64,000 bases of DNA from a virus, in the IMG/VR virus record IMGVR_UViG_3300006175_000010, positions 3,150-67,149 of that record; one strand, given 5' to 3'. The number at the start of each line of letters is the position of its first letter. Positions within the stretch are counted from its first letter, which is position 1. Both the position numbers and the translations under genes were made by a program. Below are positions 19,208 to 31,554 of the stretch, one piece after another. Under the pieces are notes generated by a model, which saw nothing but the letters and a program-made list of their open reading frames with translations, searched no databases and was not told the DNA's origin.

Positions 19208-21469
19208 TTAATTCTTATTCGCATACCTTCCTTCCAGATAAGTAAAGAATCTAGGTTCATACAAGGCGGCACATATCATACAATATGCCCATAACCGTAT
19301 TTGGTGCCATCCTCTATCTATATTCATCTCTATTCCCACTCCGGGTTTTATATAATATTCTTGCACCAAAAGAGCGTGGATCGATTGCAACGGCATATAA
19401 TTTAAAACGTATTGAGCGATCAACTATCAATTTTATACACCCACCATAAAAAGAAACCATTCCTGTATATCTTTTCTATTGCAACTCCATTATAACTACC
19501 ATTTGAATTCATTCTTACTCTGTCAATACTCATGATATAAACCAACCTTTCGTGGCTTTTATATAATATATTTTTTCAAACTCGGTATCATATATGTTAT
19601 TAGTACCAAAACAATATAATACCCTTCTATTGTCGGAATACCTGTTAATTTTCAATATATACCCAACCTGACTCTATAGGACTTGTGTATTAAAAGTCTT
19701 TTCTGTATTATATAAGAAAACTCAATCTTCATTATCTTTCAGACTTCCAACATACCAAATAATAATACCAAGACTGTATTGGTTCTACAAAATATGGATA
19801 TCGTTTATGCCGTACTGAACAATTATGGTTTCTCTGAATCTTCATATCCTACCAAAATCCCAGCAAAGCATGATTTCTCCTTTTAGACTCCATCCCCTAT
19901 TAGGGTATATACCATGATCCAAAGTACAAGCAAAGTTCCTAAGTATTTTCATAATATCATGTACCTCATAAACCACAGGTTGCCACATGCTATTATGGGT
20001 TTTTTACTCAATATGTTTGAACTTCTGGTTCTTATATACATTGTTCTAACATCACCATATTCCACAGATGAATATGTTAGATATGCGGGGATAAAAATGT
20101 TCCCTTATTTGCTTGGAACTGCTCCAAGCCCCAGAGCGTCTTATTCTCATTCCCACAAATCCCAAGAATTATCAGGTTTCATCAATATTGGTTTTCTTAA
20201 ACCCGGGTGCCCATTTCCACAATATAGATATCTGGTATGTTCATACACATTACCCCTATGGACATGCATGTTATATATAGTCCACCTTGTATAAAGTCTT
20301 GGCATATCTACTACCATAGATAAATATTGTACAGGGAAACCTATGTATACTCAAAACTCATCATACCACCTGAATTCACTGGAACTATGCAGACTGGCAT
20401 ATATCAAATAACCTTCCTTGAATCTTAGTACCTTCATGTCTTTATCTCTATACTTTCCGATGATATGTTATCATTTAGTATAGGTATAGGATCCATGGTA
20501 GAACGGACGAAAACCATCACGATGTGTTTTCCACCTATGTTTCTATATACTATCATATTTTATCATCACTTGGGTAATTTGGTAAAAAACCTAGCACCAT
20601 ATGTATTATCAGCAACCATAACGTAACGCCAATATTTAAACGAACGGTCAATCAACATATTTTGACTTGCTCCAACCTTGAGACGCTACAATATCATACA
20701 TTGAATTACTGTCTCCATTATCTTCCAAACAATATAAAAACATATGGCTAAAGGTTCTAATTACTTTCATGTTCGTACCAACTCCTTCAATATTCCTTTC
20801 CTTGTCGTATGAAGTATGTCTCCCCTAAAATACCTTCCGGTTGAAAAATATATGCCAAGATATCCCCTGTCAATCAACATCTATCATCAGCCCTACAACC
20901 ATGTCCTGCAACTTCTGTACTTATATATAAAGCATGACATGTATCCGATATGTGTTTTTCCCAATGATCCATTCCTCGTAATATTCTCATATAGTATCAT
21001 AACCCCTAGTTATCATACCCCAAGCAATATGCCAATATGATGGGGATACTACAATATCAATAAATACCGAGCGGGAGAATACAAATCTTCTAAGGTTCAA
21101 ATGCTATCCTTCCTGAATTTGTGAAAAGTTCGCCAAATCTTAATGACCAATTACCTTTAGAATACAAGTAAACTTCCCCATCATTCCACCTATCTATTGT
21201 CATCCACTGTCTATCATGGGAATCCCGTATATATGCCTTACCATTATAAATCTTACGGAACGGTAATCCTTAATCAACCACATACTTGCTGTAACTCCAA
21301 AACGATATCTTGCTTGTATATTGATTGGCTATTAATACACAATGGGCTTGGGTATAATAACTCTTGACTATTCTCATGTTATCCTCAAGTTAATATGCCT
21401 TATGTTTAATCCTGTACTGACCCATAAATAGCGGGTATAATTAACAATACTTCCCCTTGTTATCCACAT
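19208..21469 (-). other. array of 22 MxIxR micro-ORFs behind one TATA box
   Basis: Hand-translated contiguous chain (see findings); TTTATAAA ~22 nt upstream of first ATG. Confidence 0.8.
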
Positions 21470-21505
21470 GGTACCACTTGTACTGTGTTATTTATAAATG
21501 TTATG

Positions 21506-21769
21506 TTATATTCTTATACGCCTTTTCATAATACCATATAAATGTTCTTCTATAGAAGCAAGTAGAATGTTTGAATATATATCCTTAATGGCATTATTTA
21601 CTATACTAGCACGAATTTCCAGTTTATCCTTTTGTAGTTCTATATTACGTGATTCCTTCAGAAGGGCTATTAATTGTACTGTAGTATTGGATCTCTTATG
21701 CTTTCTGGTTTTTTTCTGTACTGATCCTTTTATGGATTCCATGGTACCTATATTATCCAGCTCACGCAC
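21506..21769 (-). CDS. hypothetical protein
   Basis: 87 aa basic helical ORF. Confidence 0.45.
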   Translation of the reverse strand: MRELDNIGTMESIKGSVQKKTRKHKRSNTTVQLIALLKESRNIELQKDKLEIRASIVNNAIKDIYSNILLASIEEHLYGIMKRRIRI

Positions 21770-21960
21770 ATATATAAACGTTACACTGTGGACGATTCCT
21801 TATAAGGTCATGCCTAAGCCTCATGGTTTATATATACGATATATAACAGTATTGTTTATACAAACCTTTATAACACCGAAAGCCTTAAATATATGCAAAT
21901 TTTGTGCGTCCTATTATATGATACACTATACCTAATATAAATGTTTCTATCCTAAATAAT

Positions 21961-22219
21961 TTAAAAATGTCTCCAAGTCCACCAATTCACAAAACTGCGT
22001 ATATCCCCTATTAGTATTACACAGCCTATTTTATTCCTATTAATGATCCTCATATCCCAGAACCAATAAATATCCAATAGGTTTGGAAAATAGTATATAT
22101 CCCTAATATCCCTTTAGAACGCCTAATACTCATATCTTCAAATTTATTAAGGATGCCAACCTAGGGGTAATATACAAATAACGGGTATAAGATAATAAAT
22201 AACCCCTACTAATCTTCAT
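21961..22219 (-). other. array of 3 MxIxR micro-ORFs (MKISRG, MSIRR, MRIINR)
   Basis: ATGA junctions. Confidence 0.7.
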
Positions 22220-22249
22220 ATCATAATATAACCAAATGGTATAATAAAA

Positions 22250-22362
22250 GGATACCCCATATCTGGGACGTAGCCTCAGCCTATGGGTATTAGACGGCTA
22301 ACGGGTTGCTCGTCTAAGCAAGGCATCTCGTTGATGATCCGTATTTGAAACCCCGTTTGCAA
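22250..22362 (-). ncRNA. candidate pseudoknotted RNA
   Basis: GC-rich island with three hairpins and AACGGG/CCCGTT long-range pairing; TATA box upstream, T-tract downstream. Confidence 0.4.
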
Positions 22363-22646
22363 TTATAGTATAACCTAAAGAGTAATATAAATGTTTTGCT
22401 GGTATTTATACCCTTATAAAGGGTTAAATACGTTGCCTTTTGGCAACTTAGTATTTAAGTGTTTCGCAAGGCTTATATAGTTGCGATACCTTTATATACC
22501 CAATTTGGGAATGATCTTATACTGTGTAGCGACAGAAAGGTATATATAGGGGTGGGTGTCTCGTTAAAAGACTTAATCCACTAGGAACAAATACAATTAA
22601 TAATTTATTAATTTAATAAAACTATAATTTAATAAAATAATAAAGA

Positions 22647-22838
22647 CTATACTATATCGTATAGTTCTCTATAGTTGGATCTTTCTACATCAGAATATAT
22701 AGCCCTTTCAACTGATTTGACTTTCATATAATTACTCAAGTCTTTTCTGTCCATTATACTATATATGTTCTCTACCATTTGCTTAACTTGGTTCTCTGTA
22801 AGAGATACATCAAGCCTTTTTGGAAGGTATTTTTTCAT
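22647..22838 (-). CDS. hypothetical protein
   Basis: 63 aa. Confidence 0.5.
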   Translation of the reverse strand: MKKYLPKRLDVSLTENQVKQMVENIYSIMDRKDLSNYMKVKSVERAIYSDVERSNYRELYDIV

Positions 22839-22948
22839 ACCCTAATATCCATAAAAGGATATATAAATGTTATTGCATAACAGTTAATAATATGGGATAT
22901 AATGATATCCCCAGAACATTTATATTAGTATTAGATTATTATAACAGC

Positions 22949-23356
22949 ATGGAAATAATCAAGTTTGATAAAATAAGAAAAAATCTTTGGTATGTTTCAA
23001 CAATGGATGACGGCTTGATAGGAATATATACAAGTAAAAGAATAGCATTAGCATATAGCCCAAGTGCTGGGGGTGATTCCAGAGTGCAAAGATATTCTAG
23101 CGGATCATATCAATATGGTAAGGGCTATATACAAAAAGGGTCATCATTACATATAGATGAATTCACACCAGAAAACATTAAGGAATATAATAAAGGATGT
23201 GATGAAAAAACAAAATATTGGTTTAAGACTGCCTTTAAATGCCATGACTGCGGTAAGAATATAGTAAGATATGATATGATATTTCACACTGAAAAAATTC
23301 ATAATAAGCCATGGTTTCCAAGTGAGTATCAAAACGAGGAGATAGTAATAGAATGA
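22949..23356 (+). CDS. hypothetical protein with C2H2 finger
   Basis: Likely start MEIIKFDK; CHDC...HTEKIH. Confidence 0.6.
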   Translation: MEIIKFDKIRKNLWYVSTMDDGLIGIYTSKRIALAYSPSAGGDSRVQRYSSGSYQYGKGYIQKGSSLHIDEFTPENIKEYNKGCDEKTKYWFKTAFKCHDCGKNIVRYDMIFHTEKIHNKPWFPSEYQNEEIVIE

Positions 23357-23476
23357 AAAAACTTAAGCCATGTATAAAATGTTCTAGAACCGAATGGTCT
23401 GACACTTACTATCATTTATGGGAAATGCAAAAAGGTCTTTTTATAAAATGTGGTTTTTGTGGTTATGAACACAATA

Positions 23477-23970
23477 TTAATAAATAGTATATCCTTCCCT
23501 GTTTAATTCTAATTCCTTATAATAGTTTGAATCACTATGGATTAATATGCATATTTCATAATCCCCCTTGAATTGGAAATAGGATCTAGTTATTCTCATA
23601 TCTCAATAAAAAAACATTTTGAATTAATCTGGTTATTTCTGCCATCATGGTTTAACAGATGTATGTCTATGAGCGGCTTTCTGTTAAAACTCATAACATA
23701 ATATTCTCTGAAGATTTTCATAATATATCATAACCGTTTCTTTTTATTTTCCTAAAATTCATGTTATCGTCTATACTATGACCAGTGTCTATAATGTAAA
23801 TATTGATTTCATTTCTGTGCACCATAGGTTTAAAGAACTTTCTAATATTCATGCTATATAAAATCCTTCATGTTTAACAACTAGATCATGATAAAAACTC
23901 TCCACTGTTTGGAAAAATATATGTTAATAGTTATTGCTTTCATTCCATAATGATGTTTTTGTATACTCAT
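23477..23970 (-). other. array of 4 MxIxR micro-ORFs (MSIQK, MNIRK, MKIFR, MRITR)
   Basis: Hand translation; ATGA junctions for the last three. Confidence 0.7.
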
Positions 23971-24064
23971 TATATTACATCATAACATATCATACAATAA
24001 AAGTCTTACGTTTTGTATTTATACCACCAAAACGAATATATATCTATGTGATCATAGTGATCCT

Positions 24065-24373
24065 ATGCAACAAACAACAAAAAGCCAAAAGGCACAACTA
24101 ATACCAAAAGATATGTATGCAGTCTCAGGTATTAAATTAGTGAAAAATGCAACTGTCTTCCAAAAAGACGGGGTTTATTATGCAATGCACTACGAAACAA
24201 TAATCTTTGCATATGATTCAAAAAGTCAAAGAGTAGAAGCAAATTGGCATTGTTCTACCACTTCAGACAGACAAATAAGATATTGTCTAAAGTTCTTTGG
24301 GTTGGATGAATCCAAGGTAATTAATACCCATGAGGGCGGCAAGTGGAACTATTCAAGGTCGTTGTATGTATGA
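24065..24373 (+). CDS. hypothetical early protein
   Basis: 102 aa; HYETIIF...STTSDRQ. Confidence 0.65.
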   Translation: MQQTTKSQKAQLIPKDMYAVSGIKLVKNATVFQKDGVYYAMHYETIIFAYDSKSQRVEANWHCSTTSDRQIRYCLKFFGLDESKVINTHEGGKWNYSRSLYV

Positions 24374-24600
24374 CCCAAAGAATAACAGACAGCCAACTAC
24401 AAGCCAAGGTAGATCACCTAAACGAAATCTCTAAGGTGAAATATGAACTGTATTATAGATATGGTCATGTATCTATGGTAAATGCAGACACCAGAAGGGA
24501 TATAACCTCATGTGGTACAAAGTACAGCGTATATTATGAGATAGACGCTATAACATCATGGCTTTCAGAAGAAAGAAAAGCCCAACAGGTGACCGCATAA
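24370..24600 (+). CDS. hypothetical protein
   Basis: MTQRITDSQLQAKVDHLN; ATGA-coupled. Confidence 0.6.
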   Translation: MTQRITDSQLQAKVDHLNEISKVKYELYYRYGHVSMVNADTRRDITSCGTKYSVYYEIDAITSWLSEERKAQQVTA

Positions 24601-24719
24601 TATGGGAACTTGTCAAAACTGCAAACAATATGTGAATCTGTTTGACTCCATGTTCGATAAAAAAGGGCGTCCAGTTCATCAAAAATGCCCTAAAGAAATA
24701 ACCGAGGAGCCTTTTTAAT

Positions 24720-24926
24720 ATGAAAAGGTTCTTATTGTTTGCCTTTGATCAATACTACCCAAGCGGGGGAATGAATGACTTTATCAAGGACTTTGATACC
24801 TTAATAGAGGCATATAGAACAAGCCTACAACACAGACAAGACTTTAAACAAATATATGACAGTGAAAAAAGAGAAGTCATAGAAATTGATAAATTAATAG
24901 AAAAATCAATTCTAGACTACATATAG
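24720..24926 (+). CDS. small viral hypothetical protein
   Basis: MKRFLLFAFDQYYPSGGMNDF. Confidence 0.65.
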   Translation: MKRFLLFAFDQYYPSGGMNDFIKDFDTLIEAYRTSLQHRQDFKQIYDSEKREVIEIDKLIEKSILDYI

Positions 24927-24962
24927 AAAGGCTTTTATTCCCTTTCTTTTTATTCTAGTATA

Positions 24963-25907
24963 TTGAAAGTTCAAAGGGATCCAAGAAAGTATATTTGGAT
25001 AATGTTAAGTAACTCATGGCAAACTAACGGAAAACATAATGAATATAACTGGTTAGCATTAAAAAATAGAACTTATAAAGATATTCCCTCTGTATTTTGT
25101 TGGGCTTGATGATATAATATGCATATAAGAGCCTATTTTAATGATACTTGGCTGGGTTACTTTGTAAATATATCACCTAAAAGTATTGAAAGAGATGAAA
25201 GGGCTATATCTAATCTAAACCGTGCGATTGTTGGGTGTGTCTGGGTAAAATGAGAATTATAGCATATAGAGATCCAATAATAACAGGATTAGATAAGACA
25301 GTTATTTATCTCGATTGTGGTGAATCAAAGAACTTTAATAAATTTATTGAAACTTGGTTTGTAGTAAAAGAAACCAAGAAAACAAAGATATATTTATGGG
25401 ATAATCAAAATGACTATAAATAGATACTATTTCCCAGACGGGCATATAATAGCAGATTATGAAGTCGATTGTGGTTTTGAAATATGTTTTACTTCATATG
25501 AGGATATATAAAAATGAAAATTGTTAAAGATGGTCATTCAATAATATGTTTTTACATACAAAACAACGATACACCAAATAAGGAGATATTAACTATAGAC
25601 CATGGAAAATGGCGTATTTTATACGCTGGGGATCATATTAACAAATGAATGTTATTATTTATTGGCATTTAGGTAGATCAAATAGTGCAAATTTTACATG
25701 GAAAAATGTTTTTTTGAAACTTAATAATCACTCATATAGACAAATCACTAAGGGCGAACCATACAAATATTGGAGACAAGATTATTAATGAATATATATC
25801 ATAGTAAGATAGATTATTATGATTTTGTTATAAGAATATCGTCCGAAAATCAGTTTGGTAGAGTTAGATTAAGAGAATTTTATACACCAAAGATTAGATG
25901 GATTTAG
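24963..25907 (+). other. array of 7 MxIxR-like micro-ORFs
   Basis: MKVQR, MHIRA, MRIIA, MTINR, MKIVK, MNVII, MNIYH. Confidence 0.7.
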
Positions 25908-26097
25908 GTATTATAACATTACATATACCACAGATATCTTTTCCTATAGTATGTAACGATTCTAATCGCTTTTTATTGCATGGCAAACAATGATAACAGG
26001 GGATCACAGTCTCAGGGGTCTTGGGATCATCTATTATTTTGATATTGCACAAGTGGCACAAATGATTTTTAAACTCAGTCATGGTTATATAAGGCAT
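25894..26097 (-). CDS. small Zn-finger protein
   Basis: CHLC, CYHCLPC, CGIC. Confidence 0.55.
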   Translation of the reverse strand: MPYITMTEFKNHLCHLCNIKIIDDPKTPETVIPCYHCLPCNKKRLESLHTIGKDICGICNVIIPKSI

Positions 26098-26182
26098 TAT
26101 GTAAAGGAAACATTAATAGTATTTAAATGTATCGGTTTCATTATAAATAGATTTATATGTGGTTGTTTCATAATAAAATGTT

Positions 26183-27068
26183 ATGGTTATAATTAAATCA
26201 GATATCAAACCTTATGGCATAATGTGGTCGCCATGAGAATCAATAGATTTATTAATACTAATGATCATGGAGTAACTTGGAATATTATATTTAACTCGTT
26301 TTATATGTATTGTTGAGATATGAATATAATTAGAAGTGTGCCCTTAATAAGATTTGAAACATGGATATGTTTATTAGACTCTTATTATATAATAATTAAT
26401 TGGAAAGCATGAAAATAATAAAGACTTTTTTTGATAGTATTAATGGTAAATGCCTTAATATTAATTATATGGTATCCACTGAGCAGGACTGGTCATTTAA
26501 GATACTAGCGCAGTATGACACAAAAACATTTTTCTATGGATTTAAGAAATGAAGATTAGGAGAAACATTTATCATTTTAATATGTATGATCTGGTAGATA
26601 ATAATTGGGATTTAAGGACTAATTATAGATGGACTGAAGAACTTGAACATTGAAAGACATGGTGATTTAATTTGTTTGTATTTCTTTTTTAATAATGATC
26701 CTATGTTTGTTTATTATATACCAAAAGAAAGAAAGGTCAATAAGGATTTAAAGATATGTTAATAGCCAAATTCTTTTATGGTGGATTAACGCCAACAATA
26801 AGTAAAGTAATATATCATGAAGGCTTTTCAGGGAGTTTTATAAGAGTGTTATGTTAATTAGAAAGTTTTATTCTAATCATTGGAAAGCATTATTAAAAAC
26901 AGAGATACAGTTATGGTTTTGTGATACTATTGATGGTTGCAGAGTCATAAAGAGAAAAGGATATACACTAATATGAGAATATTTAAGACCTATGCTTATA
27001 ATAGAATTTTTGTGGATTTATCAATAAATATTAAATCTTTTTTAACCATACCTTTTACAGTTTATTAA
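26183..27068 (+). other. array of 9 MxIxR micro-ORFs
   Basis: MVIIK, MRINR, MNIIR, MKIIK, MKIRR, MNIER, MLIAK, MLIRK, MRIFK; AGATTTATAT promoter at ~26149. Confidence 0.8.
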
Positions 27069-27330
27069 GAAAGATTTATAAATAGTATTATGTATATACT
27101 ATACCATGGAAACTGCTAAAATCTTTCCAAGAATAAAATCAGAATTCTCCGAATTTTTTGAGGATCTAAAGGATGTCTTTTGGGATACTGATTAAGATGG
27201 TAAACCATTTAAAAATTAGTTGTAAATGTTGTGATGTTTTAAATACTAAAGAGTGGCAAAATTGGGTATATAAAATGGGATTTAAGGATAAATTTCTTGA
27301 TATGGATTACTTCCAAGGGGTTAGGGCTTA

Positions 27331-27546
27331 ATGGATAGAATCATTTATAAGGGCAGATTATTTGTCCCTCTTGGTAAATTTGATGGAAGATTTAACCCTG
27401 ATTTACAATATGTCGAACTGGATGAAATAATAAAACAAGTCCATGAAAAACTAATGGCTTTGGAAGAAATTAAAAAGGAACAAGCCAAAATACAAAAGGA
27501 ACAACAGCAAAAACCAATAGCGGATTCAAAGATAGGTATATTTTAA
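27331..27546 (+). CDS. hypothetical coiled-coil protein
   Basis: 71 aa. Confidence 0.55.
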   Translation: MDRIIYKGRLFVPLGKFDGRFNPDLQYVELDEIIKQVHEKLMALEEIKKEQAKIQKEQQQKPIADSKIGIF

Positions 27547-28150
27547 TGTTTGTTTCCAGAATTCCTTATTTAATGGGTCAGATAAGACTATGGATTAACA
27601 CTAAACAAGAAACATCTATAAGAAGGGCATTTTATTAATGTATATCTATAGATACAATTATGAAGAAAGTAATAGGATTTTCATTAACGGATTAAAAAAC
27701 ATAACCATATTATGGATGAGACGATATGCGTATAACTAAAAATATATCATTCCTAGAAAGAGATTTAAAGTTTCATGTATGGAATGGTATAATATCAACA
27801 AATATTCTAGTCTGGTGGTCTAAATGAAAGTTAGTAGATTCCGCTGGGGTCAAGGTCTAGAAGTATTTATTAATCAGAATTATACAATAAGTGTATTTAT
27901 ATGAAAGTAGATAGATCATCAATATTTTTTATTGGAAATGTTTCGGCATATGATATATCTATCCTTAATGTAGAAGATTTTAGCAGGGGTTGGCGTAGGT
28001 TATATCCTGATAAAAAAATACATTTAAATATAGCACAAGGTAAAGATGTTATAGAATATGTCTATTAGAAGATCGGTTATAAACCCACACACAAATATAA
28101 TCTTATTTATCAATAAGAGGGGTTCTTATGAGCATGGATGGTGGGTTTAA
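27546..28150 (+). other. array of 6 MxIxR micro-ORFs
   Basis: MFVSR, MYIYR, MRITK, MKVSR, MKVDR, MSIRR. Confidence 0.75.
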
Positions 28151-28449
28151 TGATAAGAAAAGGCTTTTATGAATATTTAGAACAAGACCTATCCAAAAAT
28201 GGATTCTTGACACAAATAATAGTGGATGACACTTTTATAAAACTATTGGCAAAACATGAAATAACCAACAAAGTGATAAACGTATTTTATGATATAATAC
28301 ACGGCAAATATATCATAGCAATCGGATCATTATATAATGCCGATATCCAACAACAATTTGAAGATCCAGATGAGGCTTTGGGGTTCTATATGGAACAGTT
28401 ATCCACACTAAAAAATGATTTTGGTACAGACCTTAGCGATCTGGTATGA
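28150..28449 (+). CDS. hypothetical protein
   Basis: MIRKGFYEYL..., TAATG-coupled. Confidence 0.6.
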   Translation: MIRKGFYEYLEQDLSKNGFLTQIIVDDTFIKLLAKHEITNKVINVFYDIIHGKYIIAIGSLYNADIQQQFEDPDEALGFYMEQLSTLKNDFGTDLSDLV

Positions 28450-29531
28450 GGGTTTACCATTGGTATAGAGATTGGCACCCGAAAGACAGTATAAGAGTAA
28501 TGGCTACAACTTCTATACCAGAAATAACGGTGGCGATATATAGAAAATGAGAATTTTATCTTATTATTGGTATGGTTATGAATCTGAGAATGATTTTTTA
28601 AGATATATGGATTCACCAAATTGTATGTATTATATTATTAAAAAGAAAGGACATTATGAGTTATTTGATTGTAGAGTTGGTTTTAACGATGATAAGACAG
28701 TAATAAAAAGGATACCAAAATGAGAATCTGGAAAGTTTTTGCTGATATGGATGTAAGACCTGATATAAATGTTTATGATTGCTGGGTAGATTCCACAGCA
28801 CATGATTGTCTATATGTCCATCTACCAAAACACTAATATTATACTACATCATACCATCACAGTTATGCATGTATGGAGAGGTACAGACTTTAATAAAAAA
28901 ATAGTGGATGTAATGCCACAGGATAAACTATCAATGAATGACTATGCAAATTATTTCTTGGAGCGATATCATTAATGAGATCTGATATTTGGATTATAAG
29001 AGATATAAGACGTTCTGGTGTTTTTGGAAGTGCCTTTGATCTAAAAATACCATATCTCTGTGATTACATGTCCAATGGAGAACCAATAACAAAAGGAAGT
29101 GTTCATTATAAACAAAATGGTGGAGACATAGATATAGGATATATAAAACAGGGTAATAACATAATAATAGAAAAGATAGATTACCATGTAAATAATTTCA
29201 GGAGACTAATGATATGAAAGTTATAAAGGAGTATTTTAACAGCGAAAGATATTATTGTGTTATCTGGTTAAACACAGAACCACAATCACCTAATGAAATA
29301 TTTGATCATTTAGCCTTTGAGGCTCCATTATGATAATTATCAAGTATTGGACTGGACGAGAGTGTATTTTCATGTATGTATCCACTAAAGCAATAAGTAG
29401 GTGTTTGCCAAGAAATGAAGATTAGTAAGTTCTATTATGGTAAAAGATGGAGAAGTGATAAACCACACATGAATTTATATCTTTGGTTTGCTTCACTAAA
29501 ACACCTTACTTTTATAACAACTTACCAATAA
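28446..29531 (+). other. micro-ORF array (MRVYH, MRILS, MYYIIK, MRIWK, MKVIK, MIIIK, MKISK) enclosing an 80-aa ORF at 28975-29217
   Basis: Hand translation; some internal starts ambiguous. Confidence 0.6.
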
Positions 29532-29571
29532 ATCGATAGATTTATATTGTGTAGTACCATTTATATTTTCA

Positions 29572-30795
29572 ATGACTGAAACAAAGTCTACAAAAGCAAA
29601 AACAACAACAAAAGCAAAAATTTCGGAAATCAAACCCGAACAACTTGCAAGACTCAGAGAAATCACTGATTCTTGGATAAGATTAGCCACACGAGGCAAG
29701 TGTGCTAATATCAGCCCAGCAGAACTACAGGAAACCATAAACTGGAACTACAAGCAAGCCGGATTAAAAGCCCCGACACTTGTAATAGCCAACAATCTGG
29801 TCGAGTATAAGATGATGGGACATATTGCAACACAAGCAGGCTATAAGACCATAGACGAAAAGACAATCTACGAGAAATATGTTGGATTGGTCGATAACAT
29901 GGAAAAACAGTTATACGACAAACTAACAAATGAAGTAGGTTCAAAACTATGGACTGAATCCAAGGAAAGGATGGAAACAGCACTACTCACAAACATGCTC
30001 AACCCACTACAACGAGCAGTCACAGCCATGAACGAGTCAGAACTTCCAAGAATGAAAGGAATCTTTGCAGATGTAAAGAAATCCTTTGAAGAACAGACAG
30101 GAGTAAAATTGGGCAAGAAAAATATAGAGTATGGATTGGCAACAATCGAATACTACTTTGGACTTGCACATGATTCACACCTTCCGTTCTATGAGTTCTG
30201 CCTAGAAGAAGGATTCATGGAGAACAAGACCATGGTGGAATACATTGAAAAGTTCAAGAATGGATTCTTGACAATGTTATTCTTTGATGGCTTGGCGATA
30301 GCATGTAGACTACCAAAACAGGTAAAGAAGAACGGTGCTGGATTCCTACATGATGACAAAGAGTTTGCTGTAAAATGGAATGATGGTACAGGACACAACT
30401 TCCTAAGAGGTGTGTACTTTGATGAAAACATGTTCAACAGAGTAATAAACAGTGAAATTCCTGCAAAGGAGTTACTCCAAATCAAGAACATGGAACAAAG
30501 ATATGCAAGCATACAGGTCTATAATATAGACAAACTACTCAAGGAAGTAAATGCAAAAAGAATAGACAAAGCCAACAAGAAAAATCACGAAGGAAAGCCA
30601 TATTTCATAGAACTCTATGCGATAGATGGACTGATCCCAAACAGAACCTTAAAGTTGGTCAAATATTCTGATCCATCAACGGGTAGAGTATATCCTGACT
30701 TTGTACCTGATAAAATAATGGGTGCAGAGGAAGCAATGGCATTTAAATTCAATGTGCCTTTGCCGGAATACAAGACACTAACCAAAGAAGCATAA
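29572..30795 (+). CDS. DUF6745-like protein
   Basis: LHDDKEFAVKWNDG...GV, NMEQR, DPSTGRVY motifs recalled from DUF6745 proteins; not database-verified. Confidence 0.7.
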   Translation: MTETKSTKAKTTTKAKISEIKPEQLARLREITDSWIRLATRGKCANISPAELQETINWNYKQAGLKAPTLVIANNLVEYKMMGHIATQAGYKTIDEKTIYEKYVGLVDNMEKQLYDKLTNEVGSKLWTESKERMETALLTNMLNPLQRAVTAMNESELPRMKGIFADVKKSFEEQTGVKLGKKNIEYGLATIEYYFGLAHDSHLPFYEFCLEEGFMENKTMVEYIEKFKNGFLTMLFFDGLAIACRLPKQVKKNGAGFLHDDKEFAVKWNDGTGHNFLRGVYFDENMFNRVINSEIPAKELLQIKNMEQRYASIQVYNIDKLLKEVNAKRIDKANKKNHEGKPYFIELYAIDGLIPNRTLKLVKYSDPSTGRVYPDFVPDKIMGAEEAMAFKFNVPLPEYKTLTKEA

Positions 30796-30852
30796 ATTGA
30801 CAAACCCCTAACCGAAAGATTCATATATCTTTCTTCCCTTTTTATATTTACT

Positions 30853-31502
30853 ATGGTTCAAATAGATAGAAATGATTCACATAGTTTAGTATTCATTATT
30901 GTTTCAGATACCACTCTGATTACTTTATATGAAATGGATGATAGAAACAAATTAGAGATTTGGACAACTTTACCAGAAAAGTATGATCTAAAAAAATGGT
31001 TGAAAAAACATGTATGTTGATAAAGTCTGGGCTAATGGCTTATCATTTACTTCACATAAATGCCGTATAGGTAGAATATGGCAAGGAGAATGGTATGATA
31101 ACTATGAGAATTGAAAAACTTTCAGTAACAACTATAGATTATGTAATAAGATTTCCATATCTATTACACTGTTCTAATAATCCTTGGGTTATAAAACAGG
31201 AGTATTTTAGGGAATGATGATTGATAGACTTGTACGTTATTCTGATGACTTTAAAACAGTATATTGTATAATAGGTAATTACCCAGACGCTAAATCACTT
31301 TGGAGAGTAAAATGAAACTGTCCAGATTATACGGTAAAGGTCAAAACTGGTATTTTACATATAAAGTCAGAATAGGTAAATATTCATCTAGAATTTCAGT
31401 ATGGATTGACTATGAATGAATATATGGAAGTCCAGAAAACAGTTTTATCGTATCCTAGAAATAGGTTCTAACTTATATCCGCCCATCCAGAATAATCAAT
31501 AG
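30853..31502 (+). other. array of 6 MxIxR micro-ORFs
   Basis: MVQIDR, MYVDK, MRIEK, MMIDR, MKLSR, MNIWK. Confidence 0.75.
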
Positions 31503-31554
31503 ATTTATATAACCGTACCATATTATACTAATCCATGACACATATACAAGCCAC

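Noticed and set aside
19914-21040. Plus-strand ORFs 19914-20294 and 20816-21040 from the ORF track
   Set aside because: They lie antisense to the tiled minus-strand microgene array and have no recognisable motifs.
19208-21469. CRISPR array, integron or diversity-generating retroelement
   Set aside because: No identical direct repeats, attC-like palindromes, integrase, reverse transcriptase or TR/VR pair seen; the Cas4-like gene is solitary.
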